A stretch of 64,000 nucleotides of DNA from Candidatus Hydrogenedentota bacterium (GTDB lineage Bacteria; Hydrogenedentota; Hydrogenedentia; Hydrogenedentales; SLHB01), in the NCBI GenBank assembly GCA_963674865.2, contig CAXXYE010000009.1, positions 1,184,001 through 1,248,000 on the forward strand, written 5' to 3'. The stretch's first letter is position 1. Each line of letters starts with the position of its first letter. A program made the translations under genes and the position numbers. The notes under the pieces are model-generated. The model was not told the origin of the DNA, did no database searches, and saw only the letters and a program-made list of their open reading frames with translations. Positions 39,719-49,155 of this stretch are shown piece by piece.

Positions 39719-39801
39719 TGTTGCTTGTCGTGTGGAACGTGAGGAGGCAAACCTAGCTACGGTTTGTGTTTTAGGTGTTCGGAGGATATAACAATGGCCG
39801 T

Positions 39802-41514
39802 GTGAGCTATGAGAGTACAAGGGAGGGCGCGGGATTGCTCCGCGGGCTATTGGTTTCGGAGAAGGGTGGCCGCACGGTACGTGTGCCGGTCGAGGATGTG
39901 CTCGTCGTGGGCCGAAGCCAATCGTGCGGCCTTCCGGTAGATGACCCCGGCGCGTCACGGGAACACGTCAAGATAACGGTGCGGGAGGGGCGGTTCCTTT
40001 GGGAGGACCTGGGCAGCACAAACGGCACGCTCGTGAATGGCGCGGCCATGCTCAATGGCGAGTTGCGGCCTGGGGATTCGCTCCAGATTGGCGATACGGT
40101 ACTGCGATTCGAGGCCGAAGACACACCTGCGCAGGCCGCCACGCCGGATACGACCCTCTTCAAACAGACTATCGTGGACCAGACGGGCCGGGCCTCGGCG
40201 GCCGAGGCCGAAGGCAAGACGGCGACACTTCTTCACGCTTTTTGCAGTGTCATGAAGGAGATCGCGTCGAACTACGAGACGTGTAGTCTTGTCGAGAGCA
40301 TTCTGGGGACGACCATGCGGGCTATCAATGCCCAAAGGGGCGCCATCTTCTTTGCCGGGCGTTCCGAGCCCGAACTGCTTCCCTGCCCCGTATGCAACCA
40401 GGTGCATATGATCGAGAATGGCCAATTGCGCCATGCGGGCCCCGGTGAGATTCGTATAAGCAACACAGTCGCCCAACGCGTACTCAGCAATGGCGAGAGC
40501 GTGCTCTTCAAGGACACGGCCGAGGCCGGCGACTTGGGCGCCGCCGAAAGCATCATGTCGCTGCAACTGCGGTCGATCATCTGCGTGCCTGTGCGCGGGA
40601 AATTCGGGATACTTGGAATCCTCTATATCGACAGCAACCGGCCGGGCGTGCATTACTCGAATGACGACATGCTTCTGAGCACGGCCGTTGGTAACAGTGC
40701 GGGACTGGCGCTCGAGAATGCCACATTGCACCAGCGGATCCTTGACACCCAACGAACGGAGCAGGAGATTGCCCACGCGGGGATCATTCAGGAAGGCTTT
40801 CTGTTCAAAGACTGGCCGGAGGGTGAGGCGCATTACGAAGTGCATGGCGAGACGCGCCCGGCCAAGATCGTCGGGGGGGATTTCTACGACTTCGTGCAGC
40901 CTGCGCCGGGAAGGATCGGCATCCTTGTAGGGGACGTGAGTGGGAAGGGAGTGCCTGCGGCGTTGACGATGGCGCAATTGCTGGCGGAGTTCCGGCTTTG
41001 CGCACGAGGCGATGCGGCACCCGCCGAGGTACTCCGGGCGTTGAACGCGGGATTCGTGCGCCGGAGCCAGCGAGGCACGTTCTGCACGATGTGCTATCTC
41101 ACGCTGGACCTCGCCGATGGCCGCGCCCGGTGCGCGAATGCAGGCCATCTTCCCGTCATTCGAGTCGGCGCGTCAGGCGCGCACGCTTGTGGCGAAGCGA
41201 CCGGACCTCCCTTGGGTATCCTGGCCGATGCCGACTGGTCGGAGACCGACGCGCAGGTCGCGGCGGGCGAGACGCTTGTCCTGTGCAGCGACGGCGTCGT
41301 CGAAGCGCGTGCGGCCAAGTCCGAAGGGGGCGGAGATGGCGAGCCTGCGTATGAAGAGTACGGCATTGAGCGGCTGTGTGCCCGAGCGCACACCTCGCAT
41401 GATCAATCGCCGCACGCATTGATAAGCGCAGTGCAGGCGGACGTGGCGCGGCATTGCGCTCCGCTGGTTCCGCATGACGACTGGACAATGGTGGCGTTGA
41501 GGTATAAGGGCTGA
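39802..41514 (+). CDS. FHA-GAF-PP2C (SpoIIE/RsbU-type) serine phosphatase
   Basis: FHA (VGR, SREH, DLGSTNGT), GAF (RSIICVP, GILYID), PP2C (VGGDFYD, GDVSGKG, NAGH, SDG, DD); start uncertain. Confidence 0.9.
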   Translation: MSYESTREGAGLLRGLLVSEKGGRTVRVPVEDVLVVGRSQSCGLPVDDPGASREHVKITVREGRFLWEDLGSTNGTLVNGAAMLNGELRPGDSLQIGDTVLRFEAEDTPAQAATPDTTLFKQTIVDQTGRASAAEAEGKTATLLHAFCSVMKEIASNYETCSLVESILGTTMRAINAQRGAIFFAGRSEPELLPCPVCNQVHMIENGQLRHAGPGEIRISNTVAQRVLSNGESVLFKDTAEAGDLGAAESIMSLQLRSIICVPVRGKFGILGILYIDSNRPGVHYSNDDMLLSTAVGNSAGLALENATLHQRILDTQRTEQEIAHAGIIQEGFLFKDWPEGEAHYEVHGETRPAKIVGGDFYDFVQPAPGRIGILVGDVSGKGVPAALTMAQLLAEFRLCARGDAAPAEVLRALNAGFVRRSQRGTFCTMCYLTLDLADGRARCANAGHLPVIRVGASGAHACGEATGPPLGILADADWSETDAQVAAGETLVLCSDGVVEARAAKSEGGGDGEPAYEEYGIERLCARAHTSHDQSPHALISAVQADVARHCAPLVPHDDWTMVALRYKG

Positions 41515-41945
41515 TGGGGGAAGATATCCGGCTCGAAATAAGATCCGACGCGAGACTGCTCGGGGCGATTCGAAGTCTCGTGCGATGCTACGTGGGCTCG
41601 TGCGGCTTTCGGGAAGAGCGCGTGGATGAGGTGGTCTTGGCCGTGGATGAGGCGTGTGCCAATGCTATCCGGCATGCCTATGGCGGCCGAAAGGACAGAA
41701 AGCTGGAATTGACGCTTCGGGATGAGGAAGATTGGCTTACTATCGCGGTTCGTGATTCGGGACGGCCGGCGCCGGCGGAACGGGTGCAGCGCAAGCGTCT
41801 GGGCGCACGGAAGGCAGAGACGTTGAGTCCTGGCGGTTTGGGCGTTCAGTTCATGTACCGTGTCTTTGATGAAGTGGCTTTCGAGCCCGGCGTGCGTCGT
41901 GGCAACCGGGTCACCATGCGGCTGAAATGCCCGAAAGGGCGATAA
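41514..41945 (+). CDS. RsbW/SpoIIAB-like anti-sigma serine kinase
   Basis: LAVDEACANAIRHAY, VRDSG, GGLGV; TGATG overlap with phosphatase. Confidence 0.88.
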   Translation: MGEDIRLEIRSDARLLGAIRSLVRCYVGSCGFREERVDEVVLAVDEACANAIRHAYGGRKDRKLELTLRDEEDWLTIAVRDSGRPAPAERVQRKRLGARKAETLSPGGLGVQFMYRVFDEVAFEPGVRRGNRVTMRLKCPKGR

Positions 41946-41965
41946 GAGGTGGATGGATAGATACG

Positions 41966-42280
41966 ATGGCTATGGACATTGAGATGCGCGATGATGACGC
42001 CGCCGTGGTGATCAAGGTGACGGGTGAGGTTGACCTTTACACCTCCCCCAAGCTTCGCACTGCCGTGCTGGACGCGTTGAAGAAACAGGCGACGGTTGGC
42101 GTGGACCTGAGCGGCGTGGGCTATATGGACAGCTCCGGCGTAGCGACGCTCGTGGAGGGACTCAAGAGCGCAACGGATGCGAAGAAGGACTTCGTGGTGG
42201 TAGCTCCGTCCTCTTCGGTTCTGAAGGTGCTGCAGCTGTCGCGTCTCGACAAAGTCTTTGCCATTCGGGAGTCTCTGTGA
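41966..42280 (+). CDS. STAS protein (RsbV/SpoIIAA-like; positional MlaB equivalent)
   Basis: GEVDLYTSPKLR, VDLSGVGYMDSSGVATLV. Confidence 0.9.
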   Translation: MAMDIEMRDDDAAVVIKVTGEVDLYTSPKLRTAVLDALKKQATVGVDLSGVGYMDSSGVATLVEGLKSATDAKKDFVVVAPSSSVLKVLQLSRLDKVFAIRESL

Positions 42281-42311
42281 GCCTATGGGAACCGCGGGAG
42301 GAGGCCGTGTA

Positions 42312-43103
42312 ATGACCGCCGTGTTCGGCAGTGCGGGACGACTCGCCCTGAATGGGATGTACGGCTTCGCCCGGGTGTGTGTACTTGTTGTCGATACGCT
42401 GAACTGGTTAGTCGTGGCGCCGCTCCGCGGAAAGGGCCTCCGAGTCCGCAGCACGATTGAGCAGTTTGTCGAATTCAGTGTGCATTCCATGCCGATTGTC
42501 GGGCTGATCTGCTTTCTCATAGGCGCGATCATGGCGATGCAGGCGTCTTATCAGTTGGCGCGATTTGGGGCGACGCGGTACATCGCCAACTTGGTCGGCG
42601 TGGCGGCAATGCGCGAGTTGGCGCCCCTGATGACGGCGATCCTCTTGACAGGCCGGAGCGGGTCGGCAATCACGGCGGAGATCGGCACCATGAAGGTATC
42701 GGAGGAGATCGACGCGCTGGAGGTGATGGGCCTCAATCCGACGAAGTTCCTCATTGTTCCCAAGTTTCTCGGGATGCTTCTGGCGGTGCCGTGCGTGACG
42801 GTCCTGGCGATGTTCATTATGATGGTGGGCGGCTTCTTCCTTTCGACGGTTGTGTTGGGGATTGAGCCGGCACTCTACCTTGAGCAAGCCGCGGGCGCGC
42901 TGGTGGTCAAGGACCTCGTGACGGGCATTACAAAGAGCATCTTCTTTGCACTCGTGATTTGTTGGGTAGGCGTGTATCGCGGTTTTCAGGTGGAAGGGGG
43001 TGCGGAGGGCGTTGGCCGCCAGACTACCTCGTCGGTGGTCACTTCGATCTTCTTTATCATCCTGGTTGACCTTTTTTTCACAACATTCTTCTATTTCGTT
43101 TAG
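42312..43103 (+). CDS. mlaE: MlaE-family ABC permease
   Basis: RELAPLMTA, GRSGSAITAEIGTMKVSEEIDAL, GGAEGVG. Confidence 0.9.
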   Translation: MTAVFGSAGRLALNGMYGFARVCVLVVDTLNWLVVAPLRGKGLRVRSTIEQFVEFSVHSMPIVGLICFLIGAIMAMQASYQLARFGATRYIANLVGVAAMRELAPLMTAILLTGRSGSAITAEIGTMKVSEEIDALEVMGLNPTKFLIVPKFLGMLLAVPCVTVLAMFIMMVGGFFLSTVVLGIEPALYLEQAAGALVVKDLVTGITKSIFFALVICWVGVYRGFQVEGGAEGVGRQTTSSVVTSIFFIILVDLFFTTFFYFV

Positions 43104-43105
43104 GT

Positions 43106-43906
43106 ATGAGCGAAGCAAACGACGATATCATCCAAGTGCGAGACCTGGTGGTGAAATACGGGGATCGCACGGTGCTCGAGGACATCAGTTTTGATGTTCG
43201 CCGCGGCGAGACGTTCGTGATCCTGGGGGGGAGCGGCTGCGGCAAGAGTACGCTCTTGCGCAATTTGGTTGGCCTGATGCGGCCGTACTCGGGCAAGATC
43301 TTCATCAATGGCCAGGATTTCACGGCGATGAGCGACGAGGCCCGCGTCGAGGTCCGCAAGAAGATGGGAATGTGTTTTCAGGGGTCGGCGCTGTTCAACT
43401 CGATGACGGTGGGGGATAACGTGGCCCTGCCACTGCGGGAACACACCCCTCTCGAGCCTTCGACAATCGATATCATGACGAAGATCAAGCTTGAACTCGT
43501 CGGGCTGGGCGGCTTCGAGTCGTATACGCCCGCCGAGTTGAGCGGCGGCATGAAGAAGCGCGCCGGCCTGGCGCGTGCCATGGCGATGGATCCTGAAGTC
43601 ATTTTCTATGATGAGCCCTCGGCGGGCCTGGATCCGATTGTGGCGGCCGGGATAGACGCGCTCATCCGAAAAATGCAGAATACATTCAACCTAACCAGCG
43701 TTGTCGTAACGCATGAGATGGCTAGCGTGGAATTGATCGCCGACAGGGTGTGCATGCTTCACCGGGGACGGATCGTGGCTCTTGGCCTCCTGAAGGAGGT
43801 CCAAGCCTCGCAGAATCCCTTTGTGCGGCAGTTCTATGAGCGGCGCCCCGATGAGGAAGGCGGCGAAAACGCAGCGTACATCCGTTCATTGACCGGAGGA
43901 GAATAA
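43106..43906 (+). CDS. mlaF: MlaF-family ABC ATPase
   Basis: GGSGCGKS, FQGSALF, ELSGGMKKR, YDEPSAGLDP. Confidence 0.9.
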   Translation: MSEANDDIIQVRDLVVKYGDRTVLEDISFDVRRGETFVILGGSGCGKSTLLRNLVGLMRPYSGKIFINGQDFTAMSDEARVEVRKKMGMCFQGSALFNSMTVGDNVALPLREHTPLEPSTIDIMTKIKLELVGLGGFESYTPAELSGGMKKRAGLARAMAMDPEVIFYDEPSAGLDPIVAAGIDALIRKMQNTFNLTSVVVTHEMASVELIADRVCMLHRGRIVALGLLKEVQASQNPFVRQFYERRPDEEGGENAAYIRSLTGGE

Positions 43907-43967
43907 GGGCGTGTCTGGACTGAGCGTGCCGGCCATTGGGCCGAATCCATCAGCGGGAGCATAGCAA

Positions 43968-45005
43968 ATGCCCCAGAAGAAACATGATTTCACGAAGACG
44001 GAGGTGGCGGCGGGGGCCATGGTGATCCTGAGCGTGGCCGTTTTCGTCCTGTTCATTGCCGTGGTGCAGGGGCTTCGCCCGCCTCAGGCCGTGACGACGC
44101 TGTACGCCTTTTTCAACAACACGGCGGGGCTCAACGTCGGGGGAGACGTGCGCTTTGGCGGCGTGAAGGCGGGGCGCGTTGTGGCCATCGAGCCCGATTC
44201 GGAGGACCAGTCGCGTGTCAGGGTGGTCTTCGGCGTGAAGCCGACGTTTCCGATCAACCGGGAGAGTCGGGCGTTTATCACGCAGGTGACACTCACGTCG
44301 GAGCCGCATCTCGAGGTGAGCACGGGAACACAGGAAGCCGCGCGGTTGGCCGATGGCGATGAGGTGCCCGTGGATACGTCCAAGGGTGGCGGGATGTTTG
44401 GCGGAATCGACCAGATCGCCGCGAGTCTGGCGCCTGTCCTCGAGGATGTGATCGCTTTGCTCGGCGTCGAGGAACTCGAGCAGACCGCCGCGAAAGGCGA
44501 GGAGGAAGGGGAGCTGGTCACCATTGCGGACTTGTTCTCCAATGTGAACGGGGCCATTGTCGAGGGCGGCGACCTCGTCAAGGATGTACGGGGCGTCGTG
44601 TCGGACCGCAGCGACGAGGTCGGCGCCGTGCTGACGAAACTCCAGGAAGTCGGGGACGAGGCGAAGCGGCTCGTGACGCAGTTGAATGGTGTTCTTGCCG
44701 AGAATCGTGAGGATCTGCGGGGCACGGTCGAGGCGTCGCGGAAGGCCGTGGGACAGGTAGGAGCCATGATTGATGACTTGGCCTCCCGCATGGACGCGCT
44801 TGCCTCGGCCCTTCATGCCACGCTCGAAAACACCGAGGGCCTGACAGGCGAAACGCGCGCGATGGTCGAAGCCAATCGCCCCGTGATCGAGGATTTGCTC
44901 CTGGACCTGCGCGAGACGGTTCGCCATCTTCAGAATTTCTCGCGGACTATTGCCGAGGAACCCGAATCGATCATTCGAGGTAAGGCCGCCCACGGGCGCA
45001 AGTAG
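43968..45005 (+). CDS. MCE-domain (MlaD/PqiB-like) protein with long helical extension
   Basis: N-terminal TM, GLNVGGDVRFGGVKAGRV, heptad-rich C-terminal half ending EEPESIIRG. Confidence 0.88.
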   Translation: MPQKKHDFTKTEVAAGAMVILSVAVFVLFIAVVQGLRPPQAVTTLYAFFNNTAGLNVGGDVRFGGVKAGRVVAIEPDSEDQSRVRVVFGVKPTFPINRESRAFITQVTLTSEPHLEVSTGTQEAARLADGDEVPVDTSKGGGMFGGIDQIAASLAPVLEDVIALLGVEELEQTAAKGEEEGELVTIADLFSNVNGAIVEGGDLVKDVRGVVSDRSDEVGAVLTKLQEVGDEAKRLVTQLNGVLAENREDLRGTVEASRKAVGQVGAMIDDLASRMDALASALHATLENTEGLTGETRAMVEANRPVIEDLLLDLRETVRHLQNFSRTIAEEPESIIRGKAAHGRK

Positions 45006-45013
45006 GAGAAGCC

Positions 45014-45559
45014 ATGCGAAAGATCGCCTATGCATTCGTGGCCGTTCTCGCCGCCGGGTGTGCGTCATCGCCTGCGGCGAGGTATTACACCTTGGACATG
45101 CAGCCCTCGGGCCGCCCCCGCCCGCAGGTCAATGTCGACGTGGATCGGCTGAGGCCGGCGGAGGCATTGGCGCGGCGGGACATCCTCGTTAAGACCAGCC
45201 CGACGCAGATCGAGTACTACGTCAGTGATCGGTGGGCGGCCGGGCTCGGAGAGCTTGTGGCGGAGAAGCTTGAGGCCGAGTTCGGCGAGGATCTCGAAGC
45301 CCGCGAGACGGTTGTGATTACGGGGACTATCCTGAGTTTCGAGCAAGTGGACATCGCGGGCGGCGCGGAGGCCCACATCAAACTGGCGCTCTCCTTCCGC
45401 AAGGAGGCCGAAGGCCCCTATGCAGCGCCTTTCCTTGAGAAGGTTTACGAACTTACCATCCCCGCGGATGGGGCCGATGCAGGTGCGGCAGTCAAGGCGT
45501 TGTCGCGGGGGCTTGAGGATGTTGCGGACCTAATTGCATCTGAGATTGCGGGGCCATGA
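45014..45559 (+). CDS. PqiC-like ABC transport auxiliary lipoprotein
   Basis: Lipobox LAAGC, RYYTL, DRWA. Confidence 0.82.
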   Translation: MRKIAYAFVAVLAAGCASSPAARYYTLDMQPSGRPRPQVNVDVDRLRPAEALARRDILVKTSPTQIEYYVSDRWAAGLGELVAEKLEAEFGEDLEARETVVITGTILSFEQVDIAGGAEAHIKLALSFRKEAEGPYAAPFLEKVYELTIPADGADAGAAVKALSRGLEDVADLIASEIAGP

Positions 45560-46368
45560 AGAAGCGACAGAGGACGAAGGCGCAAGAGCACCTTTCGGAC
45601 TTCGAGCGTGCGATCTGTTATTACACACTGCCTCGCGTGACGCACCCCGTCACGTATGGGCTCGTTGTGGCATACTGTGTATGCCTTGTCGAGGCGGCGG
45701 GTGCATTGGGCTATGGGATGGCTACCGGCCACCCGATCTGGTTCCGCGTGGGGAAGTACGCCTTCATCGGGATCGTACTGCTCGGGATAGGCATTTTCCT
45801 TGTGCGGTGCTTCCTTAACGAGCTCAAGGAGCGGCGTGTTCTGGCTCAGGCGCGGGGCGTTCCCGACGCCCACAGGGAAGCCGACGATCTGCCCCCGAAT
45901 CCCTTTCGAGACCACTGTCTAGTCCGATGCCCGAGAGCCATACGGGGACGTTCGTTTGAGTGCACCAACGATGCAGGTAAGCTGCTCTACAAGGTCGAAG
46001 TATCTCCTCGCGATGATTGGTGGAAACTGACGGATGCGAAGGGAGAGGAAATACTTCGGGTGCGGGCGGCCCACGTCCCGCGTCTGCGCTTTGGGATTGA
46101 GCGGGGATTGCCGACGCATTTGACGGTGTATTCCGGCAACGAGGAGTTGGCCCAGATCCGGCGTCGGCCCAGCCTGACTGCGCGAACCAGCGATGTCTTT
46201 TGCTCCGGCCCGGAGCCAAGGCGCTACGTCATTCGCCACCGTAGCGTCTATACGGATGACCGGCTGGTGGGGCGGATCTACTATCTTCGTGACTACCTCT
46301 ATCTGGATATCGAGGAGGCGCACTGCCACAAGGCGATTCTTGGCTTCTTTGTTGCCCTGGCGGCGTAA
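45556..46368 (+). CDS. Two-TM protein with C-terminal Tubby-C/LURP-one (scramblase-like) domain
   Basis: Beta-strand series (LLYKVE, LTDAKGEEILRV, TVYSGNEELAQI, LVGRI, YLDI) ending in hydrophobic helix AILGFFVAL; ATGA overlap. Confidence 0.5.
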   Translation: MKKRQRTKAQEHLSDFERAICYYTLPRVTHPVTYGLVVAYCVCLVEAAGALGYGMATGHPIWFRVGKYAFIGIVLLGIGIFLVRCFLNELKERRVLAQARGVPDAHREADDLPPNPFRDHCLVRCPRAIRGRSFECTNDAGKLLYKVEVSPRDDWWKLTDAKGEEILRVRAAHVPRLRFGIERGLPTHLTVYSGNEELAQIRRRPSLTARTSDVFCSGPEPRRYVIRHRSVYTDDRLVGRIYYLRDYLYLDIEEAHCHKAILGFFVALAA

Positions 46369-46477
46369 GTGGCCTATCCGGAGCGGCTGTCACACAAAAT
46401 GCCCTGTGATGCTCGTGCATTTCCCGGATTGGAGGGTGCAAACGGGGAGGCAGTGGACTCGATGTGTTCTTTGTCCT

Positions 46478-46506
46478 TTGACGGTTGCCGGTTCCTCTGC
46501 TAGAAT
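46478..46506 (+). promoter_or_regulatory. Putative sigma70 promoter of the PilZ gene
   Basis: TTGACG-17 nt-TAGAAT with TGn. Confidence 0.65.
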
Positions 46507-46530
46507 CGAACGAGTACAAGGGGAGAATAC

Positions 46531-47169
46531 ATGGGCGCGACATCGCAAGCTCCGGGCAAGAGCACACAGATCGCCGTCGGGAACCGTTGCCTTCTGAATG
46601 TCATGAACCGACATTTCATGGCCGAGATCCAGGAGGTCAATGATGACAACATCCGGGTCACATTTCCGGGGAAAGACTATCCGATTCCCGGCATGCAGGT
46701 CGACATGGAGTTCCACGATGTGTCCGGGTTTTCCTACTATAGGACAAGCGTCTTCAAGGGGCCGTCGCGAGGAGTGGAGGGCATAGTCCTAGGCCGTCCA
46801 CGTGAACTCAAACGCTTTCAGCATCGCGAATCGTGCCGCGTGGGTACGGATCTCACCGTGCAGTTGAAGGACCAGGTTCACATCCGGAAATACGACGCGG
46901 CCGTTGTCAACATCAGTTCCAAGGGGCTTCTGGCCCGGTCGGAAGCGCCGTTGGCCTTTAACGCGACCGTCGAGGTCACGATGTCGCTGCCCGGAGAACC
47001 TTCGTTCACAGTGCTTGGGCAGGTTGTCCATACTGCCGGTGGGCTTGGCGGCAACGAAGGGCCCGGTACCTTCTTTGGAATCCGGTTCTTGGATCTCGAG
47101 CCCGACGTCGAAAACGCCGTATCACGCTACATCTGGCGACGGCTCAAGGAACTCTATCCTTCACAGTAG
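46531..47169 (+). CDS. PilZ-domain c-di-GMP receptor (YcgR-like architecture)
   Basis: QHRESCR (RxxxR), NISSKG (D/NxSxxG), GIRF. Confidence 0.85.
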   Translation: MGATSQAPGKSTQIAVGNRCLLNVMNRHFMAEIQEVNDDNIRVTFPGKDYPIPGMQVDMEFHDVSGFSYYRTSVFKGPSRGVEGIVLGRPRELKRFQHRESCRVGTDLTVQLKDQVHIRKYDAAVVNISSKGLLARSEAPLAFNATVEVTMSLPGEPSFTVLGQVVHTAGGLGGNEGPGTFFGIRFLDLEPDVENAVSRYIWRRLKELYPSQ

Positions 47170-47272
47170 GTCCTAAGCAGTCAGGCCGCGTGTCTCCTCC
47201 TTTGCTCCCACCTCAGGCACTTTCCGCTATTGCCACAATCTGTGGGCATAGGCTCATCCTTTCTTCATCTTT

Positions 47273-47321
47273 GGTCAATATATTGTGGTTTTCGTAGCTC
47301 CCGTGATACAATATGTGGGTC
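47273..47321. promoter_or_regulatory. Tandem NrdR-box-like palindromes
   Basis: GGTCAATATATTGTGG (47273) and ATACAATATGTGGGTC (47306), 33 bp apart. Confidence 0.45.
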
Positions 47322-47382
47322 GACAGGCCTGCGGTAGTGGCCTCGGCGACGCGGCCGTATTGCGTGGAGGAGAGCGCCTGAA

Positions 47383-49155
47383 GTGTCCTCACTACTAGAT
47401 TTCAAGCCTGTCAGGCGTCCTAAGTTGCTGTTTTATAAGGTATTGCGCTGTGGCGTGAGTCTGGCGACTGCCGCCGCTTTGTTGTTCGTAGTGTTCTCTC
47501 CATCAACGGAGGCGGCCGTGGTTCGGGAACCTCTCGATCAGCATACCTACGTGCTGATCAAGAACGGGCGGAGTGTCTTTCTCGAATGTCGTGCACCGGC
47601 GGGGAAGGCCGAGGCCTTCTTCAAGAAATACCTGGCGGAAGAGGACGATTGGGAGATCTACGCCAACAAGGGCGTGGTTGCCGTCCCATTGGGCCGTTTG
47701 AAAGGGGAGGTCCAACGTGTGGCGCTGCTTCGGCTGTTCCCACAAGATACGGTGGACGAGCGCGGGTGGATTCACGAGGTGACATATGGCGACGGGCCCG
47801 AAGGGCAGGAAACCTTGTGGAATCTCTGCGAGTGGCTAACGGGTCGTGGCATGGATTACCGGAAGGTGATGGCGGCCAACAAGTTGCAGGAGGCGCATCT
47901 GACGTCAGGCCAACAGGTGGTCATACCCGCCGAATTACTCCTCAAGGCGATGCGTGAGTTTACCCCCGTGGCCGAAGATGTAATGGAGCAGCTTGTCGAG
48001 CTTTCCGCGGAGGAACTCGAGTATGGCAAGGATGACGAGGGCCCTTACGCCGCGTATCGCCTCAAGCAGGGCGAGGCCCTGTATACCTCCGTGGTGGTCC
48101 GCTTCACGGACTATCGGGACAACGCGCCCATCCTTAAGGTTTGCGAGGCGATTCAGAAGCGAAGCGGCATCAAGGATCCCCGTTCACTCAAGCCCGGTCA
48201 GTTGGTGCTGATCCCGCTGGACCTGCTCTCCGCCCGATTCAAACCTGAAGGCAGTCCGGAACGCAAAGCCTATGAGGACGTTGTCGAAGAGGCGCGCCGG
48301 CTGCGCGGGCAGGTTACAAGCCGGGATCTTGCTGGTATAGTCGTTGTTATTGATCCGGGCCACGGGGGGCGTGATCAGGGGGCAGCAGCGGCGAGGGTCG
48401 GACTGTATGAGGACGAGCTGAATTACGACATCGCCTGCCGCGTCAAGCGTATTCTGGCGGAAACGACTCAGGCTAAGGTGTATATGACGGCCGTTGATCG
48501 AAGCTGCGGTTATTCTTGTTCGGAAGCGAAGCGCTTCGTCCACGATACGGATGAGGAGCTTCTGACGACGCCGCGCTACAAGAATACCGACGCGGACGCG
48601 TCCGCGAATCTTCGCGCCTACCTCGCCAACGCGATCTTCGCGAAGGAAACGGCAAACGGCACGGATCCGCGCAAGGTTGTGTTCACGAGTTTCCACTGCG
48701 ACGCGCTCTACAACAAGCAGCTTCGGGGAGCGATGGTGTATATTCCCGGCGCGGCCTACCGTAAGAGCAGCGAGCAGCCCGCGCGTCCGAGGCGCTTCAA
48801 TTACAACCGCTATGAAGAGGCCAATGGGCGCCGCACCATCGTCACTACCGAGGCTGAGCGTAGACGAGACGAGGCCATGTCGCGCAATTTCGCGTCAACG
48901 TTGATGGAACAGTTGGGCGAGCACCGCGTCCGCCGGCATATGGAGGGGCCTCGCATCCGTTCGGTGATCCGGCAGAATGGGGGGGTGAAGTACGTGCCGG
49001 CGGTACTCAGGGTCAACAAGATCCCGACGAAAGTGCTCCTCGAGGTGGCCAACATGACGAATAGCGTGGACTGCACGCGGATGGCCGATCCGTGGTGGCG
49101 GGAGCAGGTGGCAAAAGCCTACGTCGCGGCGTTGAAGGAGTACTATAAGTCCTGA
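47383..49155 (+). CDS. N-acetylmuramoyl-L-alanine amidase (Amidase_3) with LysM-like domains
   Basis: IDPGHGG, YEDELN, SFHCDA, LLEVANM; LysM-like LTSGQQVVIP and LKPGQLVLIP; signal/TM. Confidence 0.85.
   Translation: MSSLLDFKPVRRPKLLFYKVLRCGVSLATAAALLFVVFSPSTEAAVVREPLDQHTYVLIKNGRSVFLECRAPAGKAEAFFKKYLAEEDDWEIYANKGVVAVPLGRLKGEVQRVALLRLFPQDTVDERGWIHEVTYGDGPEGQETLWNLCEWLTGRGMDYRKVMAANKLQEAHLTSGQQVVIPAELLLKAMREFTPVAEDVMEQLVELSAEELEYGKDDEGPYAAYRLKQGEALYTSVVVRFTDYRDNAPILKVCEAIQKRSGIKDPRSLKPGQLVLIPLDLLSARFKPEGSPERKAYEDVVEEARRLRGQVTSRDLAGIVVVIDPGHGGRDQGAAAARVGLYEDELNYDIACRVKRILAETTQAKVYMTAVDRSCGYSCSEAKRFVHDTDEELLTTPRYKNTDADASANLRAYLANAIFAKETANGTDPRKVVFTSFHCDALYNKQLRGAMVYIPGAAYRKSSEQPARPRRFNYNRYEEANGRRTIVTTEAERRRDEAMSRNFASTLMEQLGEHRVRRHMEGPRIRSVIRQNGGVKYVPAVLRVNKIPTKVLLEVANMTNSVDCTRMADPWWREQVAKAYVAALKEYYKS

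Noticed and set aside
39761..39789. SigB/SigF-like promoter (GTTT...GGATAT) before the partner-switch operon
   Set aside because: Spacer lengths do not fit the consensus well; not supportable
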